Assembly (NCBI RefSeq): GCF_000150275.1
Contig: NW_002060950.1
Coordinates: 1,414,106-1,478,105, forward strand
Reading direction: 5' to 3'
Length of the DNA stretch: 64,000 bases
Source of the DNA: Trichoplax adhaerens
Lineage: Eukaryota > Animalia > Placozoa
Below, one piece after another: positions 26,223-43,500 of this stretch (within the stretch, counting starts at the first letter, position 1; every line of letters starts with the position of its first letter). A program made the position numbers and the translations under genes. Under the pieces are notes generated by a model that saw only the letters and a list, made by a program, of their open reading frames with translations, did not search any database and had not been told where the DNA came from.

Positions 26223-29200
26223 ATGACGGACTACTATAGGAAAGAAGTCCCTGGTAATATTGTCTAGTACTATACTATTGCTAGTCTTCGACCTTTCCTC
26301 TGCTCTTTTCGAATCCATGCGTGTAAATCATCGCTTAGAAAAACATTGGGTCAAAATTGCTAAAAGTCTTCAATTGGTATCAATTCCATTTTGTAATCCA
26401 AGCCAAAAATAAAACTCTTGAGCCTAGGCTAGCCTATGGCATCCTATTTCTAACTTATTCTATTGAATTGATACAGCAACGGAGCGCTTAAATATAGTCC
26501 AAAATTTATCATCGATCAAGGTAACATAATCTTGCAAAAGGAAGATTGATGGTAAATGTTCTCCTGAGGCTTAACTCTATCGTTCTGTAGGAGCGTGGAC
26601 GTACGTATACGCGTATATGCATGCATTCGGATTGTAGTTTAATTAGTGAATACATCAATGAAATTATTAATGTCGATCGAAAGCGAAGAAAGTTACATTA
26701 GTCAAGACTGGCCCAAGGTATTGGATATTGTTGAACGACTACTATCTCAGGATCCAAATTGCTTGGTGAAAATTTGTTTCCAGGAACCTTTTAGGTAGCG
26801 ATGTGTAGTCTGTATAGTGCAGTAGCTTTGCTGAACTTAGTTAATCATGTGATGTAAAATGGATTAAATTCTACGATGTCAGTCAATCGATTTTCATTAA
26901 ACTTGGCGTGAGTATTGAATCTCATAGCAAGTGTTTATTATAGTGGATCGCGCCTTAAGAGGAACAGCTGTAAACTAAGCTCCAACCCTTTGAACTTTAG
27001 GCCTTTGCCTTATAATGTAGACGTCCATTGATACCATGTCCAGACTAATTTGAAAAGCCTTAACCATATGCATGCAAATGAAGTAGCACAGTAGCCTGTA
27101 CAGCAATTCATGATTACTGTACACGATTGGATGATTCAATAAATCCCCCTTTAACGTATCATAGGCTAATACACCGTGGCTGTACAAAATGAAAACTTGC
27201 CCAAATAGCAAATACGTAGTTTCTTTCGATCGTTGAAATAAATGCGATATTGGTTAAACTAGTACAGTACTTGACCACAGTATTGTATGGTACCGTATTT
27301 TGACTTGGTTGGAATTAGCATCGTTGTCTGTAAAGTAGAAATTAACTTTAAAAATTGGAGAGCACCTTTGATAATGCTGTACTGTACTTTAATTAAGATG
27401 GGAACACATAGCAAACATACAAATTTGCGATACCGTGTCGTGCACAATGCAACATAAGTAGATCACCAAAAGTACGGGTACAATTTTTCCGCTATCATGG
27501 CATACATATACGCATGTTATTTGCAATCTAGCATCTCTTGAATTCCTGCATTATGTCGATGTGATGTAGTGGTTCATTGATAAATTAATACATTATTTGA
27601 ATATCGTTGGAAGACCTACGTGCTGCAATATAAGTGATATCGGTATAATTTTTTTTACCAGCATTATATACCATGGAATTTGCCGGAGATTCTCAGAAAA
27701 AATGTATAACGATTTAACTGCTGTCATTACCAAGCATCTCCTTTCTGTTTCGGACAAATTGAAGGTAATTGTAAATCTGTAAAATGGTAGCTCAAGCTAC
27801 CTGCAGCTGAGAATTCACATGATTTTGCCTTGGATAGTGTTGCTAATTTACATTATAATTCATTTTAAGGATTAGCCAGTACTGTATTTACTCGTAGTAT
27901 TAAATTGTAATAAAATAAATAAAATAGAAAAGGGAAAATACCAGTTGGTTGTTAGCACCATATTTTTAATTTACGCATTTTTATGTATCTTCCAAGGTAA
28001 AACCCCAATCATCTAATCATATGCACTTGCGTCTCGAATTCGTACGCAACACAGCATATAATCTATAGCTATTTATGAGCATTTTCGTGTTTGGATCATC
28101 ATATTATTTGTAACGTTGTAGGAAGTCAACGATCCATTGCTACATGTTCAGCAATTCAGCTATCACTTAAATCAGTACAAACAAGCCCTAAAAGCCATAG
28201 TATCTCTATTTCATCACCTGGTAAGTTATCTGCACAGTTTGCTTCATGTCTGCTAACATTTCTTTAATGTAGATGAATATTTACAGTAAATGTAGTCACA
28301 TAATGTTTGTCTTTGTAATATTTAACTACCAACGTTAATAGTGGTACAAAAGTTAGTAGAACTGTATCTGCTTGTAATGACTTAATTCACGTAACGATAA
28401 AACTAACTAGTGAAACATAATTGATCGTATAGAATCGCTACTATGTCACGACAGTATTACACAAAGATTTATCCCGAGAATTAACGAAATTATTCAATCA
28501 ACATATATCAGATAATTCACAATTATTTGGTAAGTTATTTCAATGCCATTTCTTGCTGTCTTTCGCGTACAACTTAATCGAAATTATACTATAACTAATA
28601 GCACATATTAATCATAATTTTAACTGATAGCTGCATTGAATGCACTTGGAAAAAGATCGTTTGCTATAGGCCCTGAAAATTTAAGTGATATTATCCAACA
28701 ACTATATGCATTAAATCCAGGTACAACTGATAGCACTTGTCACTTGTGGTTTGCTGCAGAATAATCACTAATTGTACAGTATATATACATGTTCAAATTT
28801 TATCTCAACACTGTAATCCAGTCACGTAAAAGAAACTTCATTTTTATGCCTATTGCAACATTGCCGTATGTTTTGGTTATAAATAAAGTCCAGTTTTGAT
28901 TCTCGTATCTTATGATAAAGTTTTGTTACCCTATAATAGATTATGCAAAGCGCGCACCAGAAGTATTCGCACGTTTCATACCTAATGTATTTGGCTCTAC
29001 GGATGAATCCGATATCCCGGCTTTAATTCAATGGACTAAAGAATTACAAGAACAGTTTCCGCTAAGAGGCGTGTACCCTAGGTAAGAGATAAACCGCATT
29101 AGGCTCGATTTTAACCAAAACTAGTAATGCTGCTGTTAAGCGTTGTTCACTTTGAAGATAAATATTACGACATTCATGCTATACATAGCTATAAATGCTA

Positions 29201-29282
29201 TATCTGTGGATTTATTCTAATTAATTCTTTTCTACCGGTTTATAGTGCTAATTCGCATAAAAGAAAGATGGACAGCGATTAG
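26223..29282 (+). CDS. CACUL1: CDK2-associated cullin-domain protein (CACUL1/C10orf46-like)
   Basis: Exons 26223-26253 (first exon less certain), 26647-26794, 27662-27764, 28122-28220, 28433-28529, 28631-28720, 28940-29081 and 29246-29282 join in frame: ...ESYISQDWPKVLDIVERLLSQDP...SIIYHGICRRFSEKMYNDLTAVITKHL...QYKQALKAIVSLFHHLNRYYV...LYALNPDYAKRAPEVFARFIPNV...HKRKMDSD*. This aligns by eye with human CACUL1 (YWPKLDGAIDQLLTQSP / HSEQMYSDLIKKITNHL / APTLFSKFIPNI). The ORF track largely misses it. Confidence 0.88.
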
Positions 29283-31245
29283 GAATAGACTGGGCAGTTT
29301 GATGATGCACTATTACAAAGCAGAAACTTTTTTGATCTTAATTTTATAGCTTTTATGATATGAAAATGTCTTGCTTTTATCCATAAAATGCGATAAAAGT
29401 GTTGCTAATAAACAAAACAATTATCTTGCGCTATTCTCACTGGTGAATTAACTTTGAGACATCTTACTTACCTTTTCCAACGTGAATTTTATTTGTGATA
29501 TCGGATAAAATGTACTAGTTGAGCCCATTATTGTAATTATGTTGTTGTAGTTGTTATTTTAAAATTCATCTCGAATACTGTAGCATCGTCAGCCTGCCTG
29601 ATTTCAGTTGTGACTGATAATAGTGCATACTAAGTTGTACTGCATTCAATTTAGGTTATAGCATATCCCTTAACCTACGAGTGCATAGTAGATAGAAGCA
29701 TAACTAGTGAAAAATTTTCCACTATGAGTTATGTCTTGTATGCATGACCTACTAAAATGCAGCAGACCAATCTTCGATTTAAACTATAGCCCACAACCTG
29801 AAGTTTGCCTAGATGCGATACAGAAAAATACTTCCCCAAATACGTAAAATCGCCAATAAAGTCTATCCAGCGTAAATACAAAAGGATTCTTTAACTGAAG
29901 TATACAGCGTAAAAATGATGAACATGGTTGTTGGTTTTAGTTTATGTTATTGATTTTATGCCATCACGCAGTAGAATTGGTTTCATCAATTTGGCATGTA
30001 AATCAATGCAATGAACTATAGTAAAAAGAGTGTGTAATTGCCAAGTTTGCTATTCTTCACGGTTTACCTTCTCCGGAACATTTAGCGTATATGTACCACA
30101 CCATGAACTACTAAGTCAATCTTACCGTAATATTGAGTAGTCTATGACCACATCTTACCATTCGCCGCTAGCCCTCCGAACTCGATCCCTTCCCCTAAAG
30201 CTTTACAAGTCAACCTCGAAATTTTGGGCAATCCTAGGATTGTTTAGCCTCTGGGATTCATAGAACTCGATAATGTTATATTATTCACTCTATCAATGAC
30301 ATATTAAGCGGATATTTTCGGTGAAATTGCGGTAATACGCGTATTTCCCAGCTTGATAGTCATCAATTTCTGTTCTCAGAATAGAATACACGAATCCATA
30401 AACAAGAAACATGATGTAAACGTTGAATGCGTCTCGTTTATGGTACGCCAATATTGCATGTATGAATCATTCAATTTTTAATTTCACTTAGGAGTGATTT
30501 ATTGATACGTCTCGATTATACTCAGTGTAATTACTGTTGTAATTTTAACACTGCTAGAGACAACCATCCTTCAAAGTCTTATCACTTTTCGTCCAGTTTA
30601 CCGCTCATTTAATCATTGCTTATTCATTCTTGAACACCAATACCAAATACTTTTTATCTCCAAATCCTACCATGCTTTCCGCTGGAAGCATGCTAACAAT
30701 CAAGACCATACTATGTATTTGTCAAGACAGTTTACCACTCTATTCCGAAATTTTTCTACTGCTAATTGACCTTGTAATGAAAAATTTTAACTTAATCGTA
30801 ATGCCTATGTGACAACGATACGTGCAAATTATCAGTGACTATGAATTCATTTCTACTGTGCGCTGTAGACTATGGATTGAACCTAATATTGTAGAATACT
30901 CTTCATATGTCAATTACACAACTCAGTTTACTGTACAGTAAGACCATTGCAGACTCTCTATCATTCAAGAATAACTAGGCTATATCGTATCAGTTTTGTC
31001 TCGAGATTTTCCTTGGTGTACGAACAAGCTGTTAGCCAAAAAGGCAGAAGGGACTGTTCATGAAACGATTCAAGAATATTAATAGAGAAAAGAAGAACCG
31101 GGTCGTGATTTCAATACATTGTGTTTATTAAACGGAAACTAGATTAACACATTGTAAGAAGCTGTACATAAAAAGACTTCGTCGATTGCATCGTCAGCCA
31201 ACGACAAATTATCTGTTTTCTCACGATTAGTGGCTCTTTCATGGC

Positions 31246-32756
31246 CTAGCTGTAACAACAAGAAATCATGTCAGTAAAACAGAACGTCCTTACTTAAACA
31301 GTTTTATCTTAGTAAATTTATATACTATGTCCGTCGTCTATCGACAGTGATGTAGTTAAAACACTTAGAAGGCATGTAAAAGATAGCCCAACGGCCTGTG
31401 AGCGGCAGTATTACTAGTTTAGTTAATGCACTTTGCTTGGCTTGGCCTTTGGAGATTACATTTTACCGAATCATCTAGGTTATCTCAGGTAAGCGTGTAG
31501 AGGTGTATCAATGTTTCAACAAATTTTCAAGAGAATGACAAGATTAACAATATGACTAGTCCAATCGGTAGGTATGTGCGTTTGGAAAGAATTTTAAAAT
31601 ACAGTTGAAATCGACACTAATCTGACAATTGCATCAGCCTAGGAAAATTCTTCACTCGTTGTCACCGAATGAATTTACTTGCAGTCTAAGTTACGTTGCC
31701 TTTCAAGCAACTACTGTCCATGACGGTATTGTTATCCGTTATGACAGTATAGACAAGAAATTGGTTGCAACGAATAGATATTGCAGTATTAAATCAGATT
31801 TCTTTACAATCCAACAAGAGTCTAGCAGGGTATGATGAAAGAGATAATGGATTGTAATTACCCCTGACTAGCAAGTAACACTATACCATACTCTAGAGTC
31901 TAGACCGTACTTGAACAACTGATGACGAGTAATTTAGGATATTGACTGATGAAAAAGCACGTCCTGGTATAATGATAGAAGTTGACTGTGCTTGAAGACA
32001 CTGATCAAGTATTTAGCCAAGGAAAATCCTTAACAACAGTACAAACTACGACGTCAATCGATCAATGGAAAGGGGTAGATTTGCCATGCCTAATGACTGT
32101 ATTGTTGAGTCGTATCTGATGAAGTTGACCAAGTCGCCGCGTGCATTTAGTTTTAGGAGAAAAGCTTACTGACAAGGCTTGCTAACGCATTGTATAAGAA
32201 TGAAGGTAAGAGTAGAAAATAAGACTAAGACGACTGTTGCTGGACAATTATTTTACAGCATGAGCATGGACTGATCGTTGAATAGACTAATTTTAGTTGA
32301 TAACGCTATGACAAGCTCTTACTCGGTCTGCATAGCAACTTCTTCTTCAGTATGTTTGCCTTTGCCTTTCTCGGTCAATCTAGCCCTATTTTTCCTCTCT
32401 AAAATACCCTTCCTGTCCTTATCGATCTTCAATTTGACAATTTCCACGTTACTAGGATGAATTCCGACATTGGTTGTCATACCATTGGCTTTTTCACGTT
32501 GTATACGTTCGATATGAACAATCCACTTCTTACGATAGACGGTCAGGACACGGCCAACTTGTTGGCCCTTGTAATGGCCACGAACAATTTGCACTTCGTC
32601 GTCTTTGCGGATAGGCATGGAGCGTACGTTGTATTTCTGCCTTAATTCCTTGGATAAAGGAGCGCTTAAAATCTTACGTCGAACACTGGAAGGAGCCGTA
32701 AAATGCGCTTTACGACTTTTACGCCGAGAAGAACTGACATTTCTATTTTGTTTCAT
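31246..32756 (-). CDS. RPL26: 60S ribosomal protein L26 (uL24)
   Basis: ORF 32319-32756 has the canonical sequence ([48 protein letters not shown]...IHPSNV). A probable intron at 31250-32322 splits the last codon (GA|C TAG). AATAAA lies at 31124-31129 (minus strand). Confidence 0.98.
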
Positions 32757-32783
32757 CTTGCAACGTGCTCGTTAAACGGAGGC

Positions 32784-32811
32784 GAAAAAAAGAAGGAAAG
32801 AAGGAAAGTTG
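32784..32811 (-). promoter_or_regulatory. Oligopyrimidine (5'TOP/TCT-type) tract of RPL26
   Basis: The minus strand reads CTTTCCTTCTTTCCTTCTTTTTTT, ~30-55 nt upstream of the ATG, as is typical of ribosomal-protein transcription starts. Confidence 0.65.
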
Positions 32812-33205
32812 GCTGTCGACCTTGTTTTAGACTGACTACCGTGTCCTAGCCAAGTACTATACGCAAGCGGTCTGTACCGTGCAGTATAGCGTAGACAGTA
32901 TACAGTATGGAATCGAGTACGGTTGTGAGCCTCCACATGTGCACGTTGGATCGGTACGGTGCGGATCCAATGGAGTACAGTACTACAGTACTACTTAGGA
33001 CTGTAGCCAAGGATACTGAGTGAATAGACTGTATGATACTGTATTGGAGAAAATGCGCTGTCAACATGGAAAGGTACAGCCTATAGACTAGCATTGGACA
33101 GTAGCATGAGTCCTGGTTAGTACACAATTGGACGACGTCGAGCTAGCGTACGCTACCGTACTGTACTGTAGCGGTGCCCCAAGTTGCAATCTTGCAAAGC
33201 ATCAT

Positions 33206-33258
33206 GTCACGTGGTCGGCGGCTTTGCGCTCGCACTGGGGTAGCGTTGGGGTCACGTG
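33206..33258. promoter_or_regulatory. Paired GTCACGTGG E-boxes in the RPL26/SRSF10 divergent intergenic region
   Basis: GTCACGTG occurs at 33206-33213 and 33251-33258 in a GC-rich patch, with a CCAAT near 33309. Confidence 0.45.
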
Positions 33259-33589
33259 GCGCATGTCCAGTCAAACCAACATCAAGCATTCCGACTCTCT
33301 TAGTAAAACCAATAGAAAGAATTTCACTCATGTACACTGTACAGTATATGAAAAATCGATCGTAAAGACGGTTTTACCTAGTCTACTGTACACAATCATT
33401 CAGATTTTATCTTTTAGATAGTACGACCAGTCATTCCTTGTATGTTTTGTCTTATTTTTCCCCCAGTAGCCCCTGGCCAAACTGGCTTGTGGGGGTTGCA
33501 GAACACGACAATCATCTACAGTACATGACTGTAGTGTACCGTACTATACGTATGGACCTTACCATGGTACAGTACATGGATGTCCAACT

Positions 33590-34134
33590 CGTTATGTTTA
33601 CAAGCTGCAGTAGAATGAAGTTCACTGTAAGGTGAAGCGAGTTTTAGCGACTCAACGGCATGCGTCCACTCCTCATGTTTACAAGCTGCAGTAGAATGAC
33701 GTTCACTGTAGGGTGAAGTGAATTGTAGTGAGTTTTAGGGACTCAACTGCATGCATCCACTCCTGCAGTATTATGACGTTCAGTAAGGTGAAGTGAATTG
33801 TAGTGAGTTTTAGGGACTCAACTGCATGCATCCACTCCTGCAGTATCATGACGTTCACTGTAGGGTGAAGTGAATTGTAGAGAGTTTTAGGAACTCAACT
33901 GCATGCATCCACTCCTGCAGTATCATGACGTTCACTGTAGGGTGAAGTGAATTGTAGTGTGTTTTTTAGGGACTCAACTGCATGCATCCACTCATGCAAT
34001 ATCATGACGTTCAGTAGGGTGAAGTGAATTGTAGTGAGTTTTAGGGACTCAACTGCATGCATCCACTCATGCAGTATCATGACGTTCAGTAGGGCGAAGT
34101 GAACTGTAGTGAGTTTTAGCGACTCAACTGCATG
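33590..34134. repeat. Minisatellite, ~77-bp unit, ~7 copies
   Basis: The unit GGGTGAAGTGAATTGTAGTGAGTTTTAGGGACTCAACTGCATGCATCCACTCCTGCAGTATCATGACGTTCACTGTA is tandemly repeated; the first copies are more diverged. Confidence 0.95.
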
Positions 34135-34476
34135 ACTGTCAATACAGTGCTGACTCAGTAAACACTGTCACTGACTGTCAGTGTGGGCAATGCATCAACA
34201 ACCTTTCTGCCGTACAATCTCTATCAGCCGTCACGCCAGACAAGTGCACTGCGCCTGACAGCCCAGTGTGCATTGTGGTTCTCTTCACTCTGACCGTCAA
34301 CACGTTTTACTCTACTGTTGCACGAACCACTGGACACGATACCCTCTAGTATCATCGTCGTGTGGACGTCACGTCAGCGACACTCGGTGTAGCGCAGGCA
34401 TCAACGGTCACACTCAGATACAATAAAAGCGCCCAAAATACGCCACAGCGTCCAAGTTTTCCATTCCTTTTTCAAC

Positions 34477-39221
<4,745 letters not shown>

Positions 39222-40573
39222 CGTTTTATGACGCTTAATTGAATAGCCTAACTAACGCACTATTAAATTAGATTTATCAATAAATTTCCCATCTTTTTGA
39301 TAATTCCTAGCAATTTATTTGTAGTTTTTTAATTTTACTTATACTGTTCATGTCTGTGCACTTAACTGATCTTAACCTCACGGGGCCTACGTGTATGTTG
39401 TTGCAAACCGTCAAGGGCGGATAAGTTTAGGTCATGAAACATCTGAAGGTATTGAATTGTAATCTACTTAGTCTACGCTCTTTAATTTTGTTGTATCTTA
39501 TGGGATAGCCAGTATGTACTTAGCATGGCGTTACAGTGCACGTATTGACTAAAAATAAGTCAAGCCTTGCAGTCGCATAACCTATTCATCTATATTATAA
39601 TATGTTGAAAATGTAGGCCATCGTTAATCGGAAACTGTATACTAAATCAAATAAAGAATCCGTTTGAAATTTTGCTATCTACGTTATAAAATTTTTTTGT
39701 GATAGTCCATTGTAAAGCTAGTCACAGTGAACTGTCTACCAAACCATAATCCCGCAGCATCTAGTGCCTGATTTTAAAAATTTATGGCTACTCGTACTCT
39801 AGTATATAACTTCATGCGCCACGAACAGCTACTTTAGTGCACTGTGCAATTTATTAGCTAGCCTTTTACCACATTTTCATCAAGTCCATAATAGTTATAA
39901 GGTACTGCATTATTGGTATTAATACGTCGTTACACAGCATTGCTGTCTATTTACTGATATTATAGAAATTTGGTAGAAATATTTTTGTACTATGCTCGCA
40001 TAAACCGCTTTTACCCTCATCCTAATTCGTATTTGAAAGTTAAATTAGTGTACAATGTAGAGAATATAGTGAAGCAAATATCCAGAAATAAAACGTAGTC
40101 AATTCGAACACAAAATGTTTATTAGGCTATTCAAGGTATCGATTTCACTCTCAAAATATCATCTATTCATGTTTCGCCATATTACATAAATAAAAATACA
40201 TTCTACGAAAGTATTCTTTTCAAGCAATAAATGTCAAAAATTACAGTTACGAGTATGTACAGTACATTGATCTTATTAATTAACCGAAAAATAGTACAAC
40301 AACTGCACAACTTCTGAAGATCTGATAGAAACTTAGCTACTTTCTAATATGTACGAGTACGTACATGCACAAACTTTTCTCATTCACGAGATAAAATACA
40401 GCTAAGGATATGTCCTTTGTACAACAAGAAATCCATAACAACTTTTAATACATTCAATGGTGTAGGTAACAAGCTCATTGATTATAATTACTATATAAAT
40501 ATAGAATTATAGAATTAATATATGTATACGTATTAGTAAGTTTTAACGCGGAATGTATCCAAATGTGGGTTCA

Positions 40574-43500
40574 TTACTCCATAGCTTCCCCAACCTTCAT
40601 TCTCTTGGCCTTCTTACCTATTTGGTCTATATTTTCAGGTGGCCCACGTCGTAATCCACGGCCTTCGCCCTAGAAACAGTAAGGTCTCTAAACTTACCAC
40701 AGTTCCTTAACGAAATACATATTATGCTCTAGCTATTCCTTACCTTAGTGACATGCTCTCCTCGACGCAAACCACCTAAATGTTATAGAGTAAAAATTTT
40801 AATTTATCTAATTTCATATCATCTAGTCAAAAACTATACTTTAATAACTGACCTGATGCTCTTAGAATTTTATTTTCCGAAGTCTGCGCCATTTCCTGCG
40901 TTGTTAAAAAAATCTAAAAGCAAGCAATACCTTATGCAACCCTTTCCAACAAGGACAAATCTTAGCAATAACGAGAGAGTAAGCCTAATACAGCTAATCA
41001 TCGCTACAAAGTATATTCTGATACTTTCACAATTGACAAAAGCAACGACATATCATATTAGTTTTACTGTTATACAATACTGCAATACCGTGAGCATCAT
41101 TACGTAGCGGTAACATCACTTACCTGAAAACGCTCATCAAAATCACTAAACATTTCTTCCGCCATTTGATGTCTATATGATAATATCACAGATTAAATAC
41201 AACAGAATATACCACTACCAAAAATTATCATTCTCCCATTTTGAGCAACTTATAATTCACCATTAAAATAAAGACATCCATTTCACTTACATGACATGGT
41301 TCGAATTGTTATACATTAACGCATTTTGAAACATGAGCATGACGTAACGTTGAAATTCAAGATTTGTTCTTATCGTCTTTGTAATGAAAATCAGAGAAAA
41401 GCGTAAGTACCGAATGTTTCAGACTCATACAAAGCATATAACATATTACCCCATTATCGATAAGTTTTCGTATTGTTGATAGATCCATGGGTCTAGAGGC
41501 CAACCATAAGTCAAACGTAAGTATAAAATAATATTGCAATTGACATAAGATCTAATTAAAATCTTAATTTAACACAAATAACTCACTTTTTTACAATTTC
41601 ATGATATCCCAGTGCTTCATCATCAGTCACAGGATGCAGAAATATACTAGCACATCTGTAATACGAATACATAATAGAGTTAGAATAATATTTTCTTCCC
41701 TTGTTATACTCGAATAATGCTTAAATATTATCAATAATGTCTACATCCATAGCATTAGTCTTACTTTAAAGCTGCTGTCTCTCGATACATAAGCATTATT
41801 GCTTTTTTCCAATTTTTTCTGGTTTGAGTACTCTCAAAGTCATCACTATTGAATCAATAAAAATTTTATTCTAGCTAAAACACCAACGCTACGCATCTTG
41901 CGAGAGAATAAATCAATCATATTTATTGTCTACCGTGCTCGAAAAGAATTACAATAAATTATATAATGCATACTTTACCTTTGAGAAATAGAGGAAGGGC
42001 TAGATGGGAATGAATCACTTCCTGTCCGTCGACGTAGAACATGTTCACAACTTTCATGGATTTCTCGAGGATCGTCTTCAAATGTTAAATCCGACGATCT
42101 CGATTTTCGGTCGTCATCTATTCTCCAAAACAAACAAATCACACATTTTAGCAACGAATTAATCTCTAGCTACTAATAGATAGGTCTACAGTTAAATCCA
42201 TAAACGAGTATCTACCGGATTCATCGTGTTTTATACTATCATCTTCAGCAAGGCTATCTTTATCTTCGTCGCCTTCAATCGATTCTTGATCAGCCTTAAT
42301 TTTAAGAATAAATTTTTTGAGCGGTTTAGGAACCAAATCGAACGAAGAATTAATGTAGGTCTTCATGGCTTACTGTAGACGACGACTTTGGTTTTGATCT
42401 TCTACTTCTTCTCAAGCTTTTGACAGGTTTTTTGCTCTCTAAATAAGATTGTAATATTAGAGTCAAGTGGTAAAAAACCGATAGTGTCGACGGGATTAAA
42501 AATTTTCGATTTTTCTTAAAGAACAAAGTTTACTAAAATTATGCTAACATTACGTACTTTCTTTAGTCAATTTCGCAGTGCCTCGAGTTTGTTGAGATGA
42601 CCGGGTTACGCGTAACGTTGGAGATTCTCGTAAAGCTGGTGGTTCTGGATCTACAGTTTCTACATCGACTACCGCCGATTCAGTACTAGCTTGCACATTC
42701 TTAAATTTATTCTCTGATAATTGGTCCGATTCTTCATCCTGGAATTCCGTTTTGATATCTTTCTCCTGTTTGAAGTTAAGAGAACAGTTTTTATCAAGTT
42801 GTAAAATTCATCCTTTATCCTATCTACCAACTATTTTAAGCATATTCATAAGCGAATGATACACTAACATTACTTACCGGTGTAGTTGCTTTGTCGTCTA
42901 CATAATGCAACAAAAATCACAAATACAATCATTAGTACTAATTATATTTCTGTTTTCTAATTTTAACGGAATAAGCCTGTCGCTTGCGTTATTCCTACCT
43001 ATAGGCTTGAAAGTATTAACAGTACATTGCTGTGGACTGCTTTCCTTGGTATTGGCATCACTTTTACTATCTCCGAGGAACGCCGCTATTGTTGCAGCGG
43101 CTGCAGCAGTTCTTGATGAAGAATTACCGGTTTTAAAAATATCGGATAACCTACTAGCGACAGTACCAACAGATTCATTCTCGAAATTTGTTGATGGCAA
43201 CGACTGTATTCCTGACTTTGAGTCTACCGTAGATGATTCAGGACCTGCTGTTGTAGGTATAATTAATTTCGCAAATTAAACAATAACGCATAGTTGTTTT
43301 GAGCTAGATCAAGCAAATCAAATTATTTACACTACATTAAAGGCGCTTGTAAAGCAAAAAATAAATCACTCTCATTTCTTTGAACACATACATACCTCTA
43401 GCCTCTCCAGTAATAACTGTATTCATAAGCAGCATCCTCTGATCTGACGACATTCCAGATAATTGTTGGATTATTTCCTCATATGTATTTCGTGACCAAT

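Noticed and set aside
26477-26520. Exon-like segment inside CACUL1 intron 1
   Set aside because: Its phase is incompatible with the downstream exon, and exon 1 joins 26647 directly in frame.
30600-30780. Minus-strand ESMVGFG peptide reminiscent of a piggyBac transposase motif
   Set aside because: It is too short, flanked by stops, and no other transposase motifs are nearby.
31250-32322. TGATGA motifs in the RPL26 intron as C/D snoRNA boxes
   Set aside because: They lie on the plus strand, antisense to the host gene, and no sense-strand C/D pair was found.
33590-34134. Regular repeat array as a possible CRISPR, and its 61-aa ORF
   Set aside because: The units are contiguous with no unique spacers, there are no cas genes, and the context is eukaryotic.
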